A stretch of 64,000 nt of DNA from Podarcis muralis (GCF_964188315.1 NC_135660.1:20460001-20524000); one strand, 5' to 3'. Shown: positions 25,709 through 39,759, counted from the first letter of the stretch. Notes: generated by a model from the sequence alone, not told the origin. Made by a program: numbers and translations.

Positions 25709-27113
25709 TTAAATTAACATCCCTGTATGGAACCCCCGCTTTGAGTTTTCAGCTGTTAAGTACTGCATTACACAGAAAGTTGGTGTGTTTTGTTTAGTCT
25801 TTGAATCTTTGGCCAAGTAAATCAAGAATGTATCTGAATTTTCTAAAAGCTGACGCAGTGTTATTTTAAAACACTGTTTCGATAAGCTTCAAAAAGTTGA
25901 CGCATCATAGAGACTTGAAAATAGATGATCTCATTAAAAAAAAACCGCTGGCACTTGGAAAGATCTCCAGTCGCCAATCACAACTTCTGGGTGGCTGTAA
26001 TTTATAACTTTTGTCCCCAGAGCTAAGCCATTTAATCTGATAATCAGCATCAATCAAGGAATTTTATAGCCGTGTTTTGCAGTCTGAGCAGAAAACCTCT
26101 CTCTTGGGGACAAATTAGGCACCCCAGTGTGACACTTGCAAATAAATATTGTTCGCCATAACATTCGGTGCTATGATTCAGTTGGATCGATTCACTATAG
26201 AAATGCTTTTGAAGCAAGAAAGAAGTGTGTAACTACATGGGGGTGAAAGACACAAAAAAGACACGTGGCGCGGTGGCATTTTGGTAGACTAGCAGGCCAG
26301 CTTTCTCAGCAGCTTAACAGCAACACACACTTTTGTTTATGCTTCTTCACTTGCCAGTTGAAAGTTATTGTGCCCAAATATGCTTCATGATTGTCCATAA
26401 CTCACCACTGATGCACGATCCTTATTACGCTGGCATGCAGACCCTTTCATTGGCTCAAAGGACTACAGCTTATTTGAGGTGGGGAGAGCCTCATTATGTG
26501 TCATAACACATTGTGACAAGCTACTTATTGCTGAAAACAAAACCAATACATCAGGCGGACTAAGGTAATATGCAATGATGTCCAATTTTCTGTTAATTTA
26601 GAAGCTCTTTCTAAACCCAGGCAACTACTGGAAAGTAACTAAAGTAACCATTTTCCCATTCACAAGTCAAGGATCCCGTTAAGCCTTAAAAAGGTCTCTC
26701 TACAGGGCACAAAAAAGCAACATTGTAGAGCTGCTGAAACACAGTTTTTCCTTTCCTTTATTCAAGAAATTACTTGTGCCTTCATGGACTGAAAAATTAG
26801 CTAACTAATCCAATCTTGTATGTAGAATTAATGCATGTGAGCCTGTATTATTAATCTTCCCCACTATGGTGAGGTATATCATATTTTTTATTTAAATTAC
26901 AGGAATTGTTTCTAAATTTGCACCTATACACGTCAATTAGCATATGCAATTTTTATGCAAATCTGTGCCCTCTTTTTTGGTGAGGGGTAAGTAAAGTAGC
27001 CACCCTAACTGCAAATTTTCCTTTCTTCATTCCTTGTGTCAGGACAGCATCCTCCATTGTACCTGAGAGCAACAGGCTAGTTTAGGGCTTGTAAGGCAGG
27101 CCTTACAAATTGG

Positions 27114-28001
27114 GAAAGGCGGTATATTGTCTCCCTGCTTATTTAACTTATATGCAGAATTCATCATGCGAAAGGCTGGGCTGGATGAATCCCTAGCCAG
27201 AATTAAGATTGCCGGAAGAAATATCAACAACCTCAGATATGCAGATGACACAACCTTGATGGCAGAAAGTGAGGAGGAATTAAATAACCTTTTAATGAGG
27301 GTGAAAAAGGAGAGCGCAAAATATGGTCTGAAGCTCAACATCACAAAAACTAAGATCATGGTCACTGGTCCCATCACCTCCTGGCAAATAGAAGGGGAAG
27401 AAATGGAGGCAGTGAGAGACTTTACTTTCTTGGGCTCCATGATCACTGCAGATGGTGACAGCAGTCACGAAATTAAAAGACGCCTTCTTCTTGGGAGAAA
27501 AGCGATGACAAACCTAGACAGCATCTTAAAAAGCAGAGACATCACCTTGCCGACAAAGGTTCGTATAGTTAAAGCTATGGTTTCCCCAGTAGTGATGTAT
27601 GGAAGCAAGAGCTGGACCATAAAGAAGGCTGCTTTATGATGCTTTTGAATTATGGTGCTGGAGGAGACTCTTGAGAGTCCCATGGACTGCAAGAAGATCA
27701 AACCTATCCATTCTTAAGGAAATCAGCCCTGAGTGCTCACTGGAAGGACAGATCCTGAAGCTGAAGCTCCAATACTTTGGCCACCTCATGAGAAGAAAAG
27801 ACTCCCTGGATGTTGGGAAAGATTGAGAGCACAAGGAGAAGGGGACGACAGGGGACGAGATGGTTGGACAGTGTTCTCAAAGCTACCAGCATGAGTTTGA
27901 CCAAACTGCGGGAGGCAGTGGAAGACAGGAGTGCCTGGCGTGCTCTGGTCCATGGGGTCACGAAGAGTCGGACACAACTAAACGACTAAACAACAACAAC
28001 A
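27114..28001 (+). mobile_element. BovB (RTE clade) LINE 3' fragment with partial RT
   Basis: ORF 27127..27639 reads SPCLFNLYAE...NLRYADDTTLMAE, with YADD at 27238-27249. (CAA)n tail. Confidence 0.95.
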
Positions 28002-28188
28002 AGGCAGGCTGCATGGCACATTTAACTGCCACAACCTTCCTACCCAGCATCAGTCACCTGAGGCAGCCACCTCACTCTGCCTAATAGTAGGGCCGCCCCT
28101 GAAGTTAGTATCTCTGGTAGTAGGAGGCTGGGAAAACTTCTATGTGACATTGAAGAGAAGTTATCAGTTGGCATTTGGAGGGCTGGAC

Positions 28189-28314
28189 CAGGTGTGGGTA
28201 ATATTTGGCCCTCCAGATGTTGCTGAACTACAACTCCCATAATTCCTAGCTAGCTAGGCCTGATAGGATTTGAAGTTCTGCAACATCTGGAGGGGCAGAG
28301 TTTCCCCACTCCTA
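28189..28314. mobile_element. hAT-type palindromic MITE
   Basis: caggtgtggg...cccactcct, with degenerate 8-bp TSD ggctggac/ggctagat. Confidence 0.65.
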
Positions 28315-30496
28315 GGCTAGATGCAATATAAGTAGTAAACAAACCAACCCCTGTGCTGCAAAATATGAGTCAGCAATATCAAAAGCAACACGATGGCCAG
28401 AAACAATAACAATGTGATCAACTTTATGGAATAATTCAAAACATCAAAACTAACAAACTGAAGTCTCTGAAAGTCTCTGAAAGTCCTTAAATGAATCACG
28501 GTGCCAGACTTTACCGGCGGAGAGCAAGCTGTGAAGCTTTGTATAATCAGCAAATGTCGAATTCTGATGTCCAACTCTGAACTCTGCTGAACAGTGTTTC
28601 TGGATAACAACTACTGTTTCGTTGAATTCTTCATCAGCCAATTAGTTCAACACTTGTAAGTAGAAAGATATGTAATTTCTTCATTAACTGAAAATAAAAT
28701 ATTCAAACAATGACCTACACATTCATAACAACAACTTCAAATAGCGTAGAAATTATAAACTGTAACATAAAAAAGTTACATACCCAATCTTTTTTTGAAC
28801 AGATATAATGAAAAATACTCTGGAACAGTGCTCATGCTATCATGTTGTCACTGTTACTAACATCATTTTTTGAAAAATATATATAGCCAACCCCAGGCGA
28901 TACTAATAACAAGGAGACCGAGTTTAAAGACACAGTACAAAGTAACAGCAAAGATACAGATAATCAAATAAGACAATTGAGGTCTAATTCAGAGTTAAGT
29001 CCCCTTGGATGAATAGTTTTAAACATAAAAATAAAACGGGTATCTGGATGCAATATAAGGCAACTGCTTATGTTTAGCAACCAGTGCTCAAAGTGGGTTG
29101 GGAGAGCCTAACCATCCCACTTCTTTTGAATGGGCAAAATGGAGCCTGGCCTAATTTGAAATGAAACCATCCAACATCTTTTTCCTCTCCCAAATAAAAT
29201 CATTCTACTTCCCCTTCCTGCCCGCCCTGCCCCCCATCTAACACTGTTTAGGAATCTTCATTTCTAGTTCACACCAGTGCCTCTGGTATAAGAAGAGTGC
29301 TCTGCATATATTCAAAAGCACAATTCAGTCATACACAATGCTTTTTGTTCCTTCTCTTCCTTTTGCTGAAATTGCATGTCCTGCAGAAATATCTGAGCTA
29401 CTGAAGCCTCACTTTCAAGAAGCCACACATTGCCATACTCTTCTCTCGCCTTTGTTCCGCATATTCAGTCCATTGGCAAGCGCTGTCACATCTCCCTTTA
29501 CAAAAATAAAAATAAAAAATTAAGCCCTTTTCCCTAAAAGCACTGGTCAATACTCTGATCATGTGTTCCCCAGATTGCTGGGAGTTTCTCTGAAGATATG
29601 AATATCAGAAGAGTCTTGCTGGACCATCTATTCCAGCTTCCTGTTTTCACAGCAACCCACCAGATGCCCACATCATAAAGCATCTATATATGTAATGGAC
29701 CAACGTATGAATTTGTCCCCAGTGTTTTCCTTTTGCCTTTTGCATGCAATTAATGGGGGAAAGTGCATTCATTCTTTTAACCTAATTGTGGCGTTCCAAG
29801 CCATAGCTGCTTGTACAAGGTATATCTCTTGAAATCCATCACCTGAGTATTGCCTAATAAAGTTTGTAAATGGCTTCCAAATGAGCAAAAATTACTTTTC
29901 CTAGCTCCGTAACAAACGTGCTTTCTATCCAAGAGGAGATTGGTTTTAGATCCTCCATTCATTCCTTTAATGATCAGCTAATTTGAATCTCAAGTCCCAA
30001 GAGTGCCACTGTTTCGGTTCAGAGTAATGCAACATTTACAATGTTTTATTGACATGAGGGCTATATAAGTGCAGCTTCACGTATGCATTATACAAGAGTC
30101 AGCAAATTTAGCTGGATTAATAAAGATATCCATTAACTGTTGATCATGCAGGCTGATTGGGGTTTTTTTTCCTCCAGACAAATCAACTTTCTGTTCACAG
30201 GAAGTCACTCACACACATATTCAATCTTTCCCACAGTAGTGGAGCTTTATATAAACGCTGAGAGGCTGCTTTAGAGATAAGTGTGTTGGACTTAGCCCAA
30301 GGAGACTCATGTTCAAATCCTTACTTAGTTATGGACCTGTCACTTGACCTGTGATATTAAATCATACATATGCGTATTCATGTCCTGTGCATATCTGTTC
30401 AAGCGGTTGTAAGAATGAAGCTCTTTACAGGTGCTGTGCCAGAATTGTTGTTGTTGTTTAGCCAATGGTATCGGGCAGCTTCATGTGCGCTTTTAT

Positions 30497-30642
30497 TTGT
30501 TGTTTAGTCGTTTAGTTGTGTCCGACTCTTCGTGACCCCATGGACCAGAGCACGCCAGGCACTCCTGTCTTCCACTGCCTCCCGTAGTTTGGTCAAACTC
30601 ATGCTGGTAGCTTCGTCCCCTTCTCCTTGTGCCCTCAATCTT
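30497..30642 (-). mobile_element. BovB 3' end fragment, internally deleted
   Basis: Reverse complement of 27830-27995 with a deletion. Confidence 0.9.
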
Positions 30643-33048
30643 ACTTTCAGCAGCAATACCAGTGCACAAATTGGTTGAAAGGTTTATGGTAGGTTTGCCA
30701 TACGTCAGGAAAATTCCTGACATGTTCTGGTTTTCGGGTGTAAAATTGGCGTCGGGGGGAATTTTGCCGAATCAGTAAAATTTCTGGGAAAACCTGGATG
30801 TATGGCAACATGGTGGGAAAAGCAGCAGAAACCGCTCAAAAAGCTTAAAATCACTATTTTTGGGTTTTGTTTCCCAAAAAATGCTCAACAATTTTGGGGT
30901 CTCCCTACTTCCTGCACACTTTGTGGGTGTCAAGAATTTTACATTTCGAAATATGGCAACCCTAATTTTGGGTAAGTTATCATGTTAGTTCTATTTAGAG
31001 CAGACCCACTGAAATTAACAGATGTGGCTAACATGGATCCATCAGTTTCAATGGACCTACTGTCAGGGCAACTTAGCTAGAGATGACCCTTAAAATAATA
31101 TCTTAAAATATCAATATAATGGAAAAGGTGGGGGGAAGGTAATGGAGAGCAAATTAGAAATAACAAGATATCCACATATAAAAAATGGCACTGTAAACAA
31201 TTGGCTAGTTTGGAGTTACTTGGGATTCATTATTTAAGACACACCGAACCCTTTCTACATTCTTTGTACTAAGTAATTCCCCAAGTGAATATAGTACCCT
31301 CAGACAGTTTTCTCCTTGCAAGTTTGATTGATTACTTACACCATTAACCCACTTCCCTCTTTCAAGTTATCATATGAAGGGTCCTTTCATAAGCCCAAGA
31401 CTTACTTTTCTCTCCATACAGAATTTTATTCATCGACCAACCTTGTTTTCAACAGCACAAAGGACATTCGAGAACAAATTCCACCCGATTCTCCCCCAGC
31501 TAACAGTTCAAATGGAAAGCAGTGCAGCTTGCAAAACCAAGGCAGCCCAAGTCTTTCTTGAAAGCACTTTTAGAGACTCTGCTTCTGGGTTCTGCAGAGG
31601 CAACAAGACGACCACTGTGGGGAAAGTATAAGATTGATCGAAGTTTGGTCTGATCCAACAGGGCTCTCATGTTCTCAGGTTATCTTTGTACTCTTTCGAT
31701 ATTTTGCAAGGCACCTCGAGGGCTCTTTGAAGCCACCTGCCAGGATAGAAGTCTACTATATATTTTTTTAAAAATTAAGTCATTCCCAGTGTTCTGGGCT
31801 TACCTCCTCCCAAATTCTGAATCATGCCAAAATACAAATAGGGTTTCTCAGAAAGCAGATCATATTTACATTTATGCACTTGAGCTGTAAATGTGGTATG
31901 CTTACAATTTTAATTCGGGGGGGGGGGTGCCAATGTAGTGTACATCAGCTCTGAGAATCTGCAGGAACATTGAACGAGGTTGTCTGAAGACAATGACTGC
32001 ATGATAGTCTCTTCAGGCAATATCCCTCTTTGAACAAGCTAGAATTTCCATATCAGCTTGAGCTGAGCACAGAATAAAAAGACTTTGGAACTTCACAGAT
32101 GGAAGAAACACCCCCCAGGTCTTCATAATGGGCAAATAAAGGGTCTGGAGCTAAAGGCACTGATTTGTACTTATGGGGAAGAAATCCATAAAGACCTTAG
32201 AAAAGATATATATATAAAACACCAAAGCAGAGATGCTGGCATTTTTGATGGCACAGAATTGAGGTAACAAGGCCTGCATATCACCATTTTACCACATTTG
32301 AAATATGGCCTGACATTCAAATTTTTGCTAGCTATAGAATTCAAAGGAAGTTTTGCACCTGTAAATTATTGTGATACACTATTTTCAACAAAGTGAGAGA
32401 GTACGTGCATCTGTGCTTTGCTTGGATCTGATAAGCTCCCCTAGATTCCTTATTGAATGTAAAAGATATTCCACATACAACCAAGAGACATTGAGGCCAG
32501 GGGTTATGTAGTAGTATCTCTATACAAACCTTCAGAAAGATTTTCACAGTGAACAGAAAGAAAAAGGTTAAATCCAGGCTGTATTTTCAGTGGTTTTAAA
32601 AACATTTGCTCCTCTCATAAAACTTAGCATGTATATATCAGCAGCAACAATGAGGTATTCTTCTTGAGTCAGCTTTAAAATAATGTTGACATTGCAGTCA
32701 ATACGTTATGGATTGCCATATTTATGTCAGAACGTATTGGCACAAGAATACATCAATAATATAAAATATTTAAGGATAAGTCTTAAGTTTAAATTAAACC
32801 ATACGCTTCCACGTCCTTTCTTCATCTTTTTCGCTCTGCTGATCTTAAATGACAGGTTCCGCAGGTAATGATTTTAACATCTTTCTCTTTTTTGTCAGCA
32901 ACTAAAACTACTATTTTTAAATAAGTCTCTGCAGAGGAAAACTGGAAGTCAGATCTTGGCTAGCTGATTCTATACATCTATAATAAATGCCTATATTTGC
33001 ACCTGAATTTGCAGCTAAAGAATTGTATTCAATGGTACACACACACAC

Positions 33049-33100
<52 letters not shown>
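33049..33100. repeat. (GA)n microsatellite
   Basis: Direct reading. Confidence 0.95.
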
Positions 33101-33102
<2 letters not shown>

Positions 33103-34509
33103 TGTTACTGGTTCTCTGCATTAGACAAGCAAGAATGTCAATACCGTACTTTTTTTACTTGAGAATAAGGTTAAAAATCTGGGGCATCTTATGCACGGAT
33201 AGTGCATATGCCCATTTTCTAAATTTGGGGTCCCCAAAAGTAGGGGGCGTCTTATACATGGAGGCATCTTATAAACGAAAAAATACGGTACCCTTCAGAA
33301 TCAAAACAAAGTTCCATTAGGCACAAATTAGAATGGCATTAAGCAGATCATTCCTAGTTGGTCCCAAGGATCTTAATGCAACACTAGTGCATCTGAATTA
33401 CCAGGCATGTTGATAGATTCAACCTTCATAAAGCCCTCTCATCCCTTTAGGTCATCAGTCCAGCAGGCTAATCCCTGTAACTACCTACTCACATGAATGG
33501 CCTACTTATGTCAACTAAACATCTTAGGTTAATAAATATATGTAGCAGTATAGCTTCTCTTCTGCAAATAGGAAAATCACAACTTGGAACTAATGATCTT
33601 TTGAGAGTTTCATCTTTCTACTTTACTCTGACCACATGCATGAGCAGCCATGGATTATCCAGTGATAGCAATGTCTACACAGGCTATAAAATGATAGCCA
33701 TGTTGTCTCTTGTGATAGTAAATTCTAAGTTATTCATGCATTGTGCAAAAATCATTTCCTTTGTCTGCCCTTAACTACTTCCAATCAATTGCACTGGGCA
33801 ACCCAAAGTATGAGAATGGGAGGGGGGGATCTCTTATCTACTCCATTTGTAATTGCATAATCTTCTGTCACATACTCCTTGACCTTAGTCAACTTTTCTC
33901 TAAGCTAAAAGCTTCAGCTTGTTTTGTTACTTCTCATAGGTAAGGTATGTCATATTTCAAAAGGTGAGAATCCAGGCACAAAAGTTGTTGAGGTTTTTTG
34001 CCCAATATGAAAACTGTATGGTTGCCATATGTCCAGACACAGTTTAGCTCTATGGAAAAAACTGCTGGATTGTGGTGACAAAGTAACAAATAATGAAAAG
34101 ACTCAGAAGATGGCCGCTTGGCAGGGAGTTGCATAAAGGGGCTCTGCATTGTTCCTCCAAGAAAGGTTTTATCAGCTGTTTTTAAAGTGTTTTATAAACC
34201 TTATCCATCTGTAATTTGGAACCTTGTCTGAACTGTTTATCTCCTCTAGAAAGCAATCCAAACATGGCTGCAGAGATGTGATAGCTCAACTTATTCAATA
34301 ATAGTTTGGTTCAGACATAGCAGACAACGAGCCAATGGCTCATCAACCCGATAACAAGCCACAGGCCCACATGCTCCCTGCTGCCATCCTGTGCCCTTTG
34401 GTTCTTCTGTCCCCGCTTGTTTCCTTTAACGTCGGAATGAGGAAATTGCAGTTTCCTCATTCCTCATTGGATCGATCATATTCCAGCTTGTAAGCAGTGA
34501 TTAAGCTAG

Positions 34510-34975
34510 TGTCAGGTGTGCGTGCAGGAGCCAGGCCCTGTGAACAGTGAACAATAGGACTTTGCAGGACTGGGGCCTTCCTAAGTTTGTTCTGAAGAGG
34601 CAAGGCGCATCCTCACAGGTGAGGCCGATTGGTAACTCACAGCACCTGGTGGCAAGAGAAGGGAAGGGATATAAGGTCAGCATTTCCCTTCGGCTCTTTG
34701 CAAAAGCAACACGCTTCCTGCCTTGGGCTTCTTGCTTCCTGATCCCTGAACCTCAACTTCTTGACTCCCTGCTTCTTGATCCTCAGATCCCTGACTTCCT
34801 GACTCCTTGCTTCTTGACCCTCGGACCCTTGCCTTTGTGATTCCTTGCTTTCTGACCCTCGGACTCTTGGCTTCCTGGCTTCTGGACCCCCATTCCTGTT
34901 CCCACCCCGCCATCTTGCCCCCGATCCTGACGTCCCCTGCAGGGACTTCAATCGCCCGTGAACCGGACTGTGACA
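34510..34975. mobile_element. Solo LTR-like element (466 bp)
   Basis: TGTCA...TGACA termini, perfect 5-bp TSD GCTAG at 34505-34509 and 34976-34980, and an internal degenerate cttcttgaYcc repeat. Confidence 0.8.
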
Positions 34976-35162
34976 GCTAGTTTCTCAGTTAAAATGGCAC
35001 AGGGAGCTGAGCACATGAGCAAGAAAGGCCCCTGAGTGCATTGTTTGTCCTCAGGCTCATAAACCATGGTTTATTGTGACTTTATTGAGACAGTAATTGT
35101 TGTTTTATTTTTAACTCCCCTCCTAATAATTCCTAGCATTGTACTTACTCTTTTCAACAAAC

Positions 35163-35466
35163 TCCATCGTTCCCAACATCAGGGTCTTTTCCAGGGAGTC
35201 TTCTCATGAGGTGGCCAAAGTATTGGAGCCTCAGCTTCACGATCTGTCCTTCCAGTGAGCACTCAGGGCTGATTTCCTTCAGAATGGATAGGTTTGATCT
35301 TCTTGCAGTCCATGGGACTCCCAAGAGTCTCCTCCAGCACCATAATTCAAAAGCATCAATTCTTCGGCGATCAGCCTTCTTTATGGTCCAGCTCTCATTT
35401 CCATACATCACTACTGGGAAAACCATAGCTTTAACTATACGGACCTTTGTCAACAAGGTGATGTCT
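35163..35466 (-). mobile_element. BovB internal fragment
   Basis: ORF 35154..35456 reads TKVRIVKAMVFPVVMYG...IDAFELWCWRRLL. Confidence 0.92.
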
Positions 35467-36759
35467 CAAAAGTAGTAGCCATGAAAACGTATCTAGGAAA
35501 TGGGTCATAACCACCACTTCTGCAAGCCACACAACTGCTACTGTCTACTTAGGAGACCACTTCCTACTTCTGTTAAAGTGGACTTTGGTCTTCATAAATT
35601 TTGGCCATAATAAATTTGTTAAGTTTTGAGTTGGTTTTCCTACAACAGACTATACAAACTCTGTCCCAGCTAAACTGTCATTACCGAGGCCTTTCCCATA
35701 ATACAGTCTTATCTCATGATATTACATCCAATCCACTTGTTTATTGGTTGCATCCATCAGCTGTATTATTTGGGCAATCAGTAAGGCCTTTGAGGAATGG
35801 AACATCATCGAGTCACATGTCTGGGCAGTATCAGTACCTAAGACAATTAAATCCTGATCTAATTGACTGCAGCTCTGGGACAATCTGACAATAATGAGTC
35901 AATCAGCAGCCTCATTGATTTCACTGGCATTACTCATGCCGGTAACATTACATGCCCAGAATACCTTTGCAGAATTGGGTCAATATAGTAAGGGTCCCTT
36001 GCTTGTCAGGAAGGCTTCAGTTTGAATTGCCCAGGCAGGGCAAATGCAAAGTAGTAGCTAACTGCCTTCCCCGTTGCTGACATTAACAGCTGCATAATAG
36101 CTCCATGAGCAAGCTTTGTAAACATGTAAACAGCACAATTAATTGCAGTGATTATGCTCTTAGAAAAATAGAGCATTTCGGTAATTTGGAGCACATTATA
36201 GCTTCGTGTTTACAGAACTCCAGGCACATCGGAAAATTAAATATATTTAATTTAGGCTTCAATTGTCTCCTCTTCAAGAAAACGTAAGGCAACAAAATCT
36301 TGCACACACAGTCAATTCCATAATCTGGCAAGTCAAACTGTGGCCAGGACTGCATGCATGTAATCTTCCCGAAGGGGGAAGATGTTTTAAGCCTCAACCC
36401 CTCGAAGAGGACCGTGGTTTCTTTACATGCAGTGACTGTGATCAGTCCCAGTGTCACAATTTGTATCCCAGTGGGATATCATATGCTGGATGAGCAATGA
36501 GAGTGGCTCTGTGTCTTGCTTCACAGAGGTGTGTTCTCCATTGGAAGGTTGTCCAGTCCAACTCTTGTTTAAAGATAAACAAGCACAATAAGGGAGATCA
36601 CAGGGGCAGCCAGCTGCTGGACAGCAGACTGAGCAGGCACACTGGTTGCCTGGCCACAGTCTTACCCATCAATATATATATATATTCCATTTTTATTTCA
36701 ATTGCAGTAATTATTTCTAAATGCTGGATCAACAATACATCTTAAGGAGCACACACAAC

Positions 36760-37230
36760 TCTTATGGAAATCCGTCATCCATGGTATGCCCCACAGAGGA
36801 CCTTAAGGTCCTTTAATAGCAACACCCTAGAGATCCTGGGCCCTAAGGAAGTCAGATTAGCCTCAACCAGAGCCAGGGCCTTTTCAACACTGGCTCCGGC
36901 CTGGTGGAACGCTCTGTCTCATGAGACCAGGGCCCTGCAGGATCTGATTTGTTTCCGTAGGGCCTGTAAGACAGAGTTGTTCCGCCTGGCCTTTGGCTTG
37001 GAATCAACTTGATCCCCACCCCCTTCCCCTTTTCTTTTCTTTTTCCTTTCTCCTTCTGTGGTGGAACTCCTATTTGGGGACTTCCCTGGCTTTTTTCTGG
37101 CCCACGTAGGACCAGTCTGGATAAGTTGGCCTTGGTGAAGATTTGCCGTTTACATCCCCTAAAAAGTTTTTGATTTGAGTTTCTACTGAAATGAGGCTGC
37201 ATTTTAATGTTGTATTTTAATCTTACATTT
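36760..37230 (+). mobile_element. L2 LINE 3' fragment, different subfamily
   Basis: ORF 36764..37012 reads TRARAFSTLAPAWWNAL...FRRACKTELFRLAF, an L2 ORF2 C-terminal motif. Confidence 0.75.
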
Positions 37231-38143
37231 AAAGAATATCCAACACACAACTGAAGTTCATAGTATGCTATGATTGTTGGGAATTGTAGATCTGTGAGGA
37301 GGCAAATGAGTTTCCAGGACTCTTTAGGGGAAGTCATGTGCTTTACATGAACACTGGATGTGCTTAAAATATATGGTGTGCTCCTACCCTTCACGTCCAC
37401 TCTGTCAGTCACTAGTTTTATTTCTCTCCTACATCCACCTTTTCCAGCCATCCCATCCAGCTTTCAGGGTTGTCCCCTTTACATCATCGGTCAGCATCTG
37501 TAGGCACTGAGCAGGCACACTCCTTGCTGGGGTATTGGGCAGGGTCCTTCATTAGCTTTTCCTTTTTCAAATGGCTGCATCCAACACTACCATTTAACTC
37601 CAGCAACAAGCTTCTACTTGTGCAGTGGATTCCCCCATTCTCTAGCCCTAGAACCCCCTCAAAATCTGCTGCACGGGGCTGCAGGTATTGGAAAGGCAAG
37701 AGCAGAAATCATTCTATTTGTGACTTAAGGGCCAATTCTGTTATTTGTCAGCCAGCCAAGGGGTGTTGGGTGGAGGTGAAGCTAGTGACCAAGCAGAGAC
37801 CAAGTATGGTCTTCATTGAGGTAGCTCTGCGGGAGTCTTTCCCTCCATATGATTGGCTGAACGAACAAGGTCTGAAGCAGGAAATGCAAAAGCTCTCCGT
37901 TCCTTTGTCCTCAAACTGCACACTGGTTTTTCTTCCATTTGCTCAGTAAAGTGTTGACAGGGCTGTTCTCTCTGGCTCTGCTAATAGAAGCACCCTCAGG
38001 AGTAGATGTGGGGAACACAGGGAAGGTAAAGGGAAGTCCTTTTGCGGCATTGGCTATCAATGTTTGACGTTTTATTATGTTTTTATATTCTGCTGGAAGC
38101 CACCCAGAATGGCTGGGGAAACCTACAAACAATAAAATTATTG

Positions 38144-38271
38144 ATAGGTAGCCGTGTTGGTCTGCCATAGTCAAAACAAAAAGAATTCCTTCCAGTAGCA
38201 CCTTAAAGACCAACTAAGAACTAACTTAGTTGATCTTTAAGTTGCTACTGGAAGGAATTTTTTTTGTTTTG
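38144..38271 (+). mobile_element. Penelope-like short insertion with inverted arms, inside an L2 tail
   Basis: gtagccgtgttggtctgccatagtc...ccagtagcaccttaaagaccaactaag head, 47-bp inverted arms, and 13-bp TSD aataaaattattg. Confidence 0.7.
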
Positions 38272-39759
38272 AATAAAATTATTGTTATTATAACCCCCAA
38301 ACTTTTGTATTTCTTCAGATTTCCCCAAGTATGCTGCTACCTCTGTCTTGTCCAAAGCTGTTGCCACTCTTTGACTGCCTACACAAAAACAATGGGCGAA
38401 CTGAGTCAGAACTTAAAATTAGAAGGATTTGGGTTGATCAGAAATGGCTGGGCCAACTGGAGACTTTACTCCTATGGCAATTTATCCCATGCTTAGTGAC
38501 AAGATTTAAGTAGTAGTGTCATTCAATGAAGGGGACTTATTCATAGGCAGGTTTTGCTTTACTGAATAAAAGGCTCCCACACGTTGACTTTTTAAAAACT
38601 GGTCGTACTCTCTGAGGGGAAAAGATGTTGCCAAATTTGGCTTGAGCTAACTCTTGATAATGTGGAAATTAAGTGATACTGTGAAGTGAGTCCAAGAGAT
38701 GTGCTCTACTTCAGTGATTACATCTACAGGAGTTGTCATTATTTATATAGACTGTCACTTTTCTGTATGAAAAAGCGGGGGGGGGGGGGCTTCATTGATT
38801 TGTATTAATAGGATACTGGTGACATCTAGCGGCTGGCTTAATAACATATATCCAGTGTGAGTAACTCTGGGATTTCACTTCTGAAATGTAAAATAACATC
38901 GCAGTTCTCCACAGGCTTGTTAACGGTTCTGATCTAGCAACACTCTTAGGACAAGCCATGGGACCAAGTGCACATCCACAAATGTTTCCACCAGAACTGA
39001 GTCTCTAGGCTATACTCCAAAATACACTGAAATGGAAAATCGGTAATGGGGATCAGTGGCTAAGCTATGCTCTAAGAAGCCCTCCAGTCAAGTAGAACTT
39101 CATTATTCTGGAGGCATGCAAGCATTTCAGTGCTAAACCAGCAGGATGAGCCCATGAGAAAGACCCATGCAGTCAGCCACGTTCAAACAGTTGTGCTACT
39201 CATACGCACTGCAGCCTCAAGCAATAACACCATGTGGGAATGCGGTTCTCGCAGCTGTGGGTTATGAACAAGGGGTTTGGGTTGCGGTAAAAATAAACCA
39301 GATGTTACTTGAAGACTTGCTAAAACTGCTAGTGTATAGAATCTTTAATCTGCAAATAAGTACAGCATGCTCCCTCCCCGTTATACACTCCCCAGCCCTG
39401 GGAGTCCTCATAAGGGAGCTGTGCCTGGAGGAAGAACTGTGAGGGGAGAGACTTCATCAGGCAAGGCCTTCTTCCATCTGCCTTGCCCCACCCCCCAGTC
39501 TCTGCTTTTCAGTTTGTACAGTATTGTATTATTTTATGCACTGTGACCCACCATTGTTTTATTGATTATAGTTTAGAAATTATTTATTGTAATTGTTAAG
39601 AGTGGATTTCTGTTTAATTTTTATATGCTGGTATTTAATATTATTCTAATTATTCTAATGGATTGTTGAATATTACTTTATTTGATATAAGTTGCTTGTT
39701 TTAAAGTTATGTCTTATTATCACATCTTTTTATTGGATTAGATTGTTACAAGGTGTATA

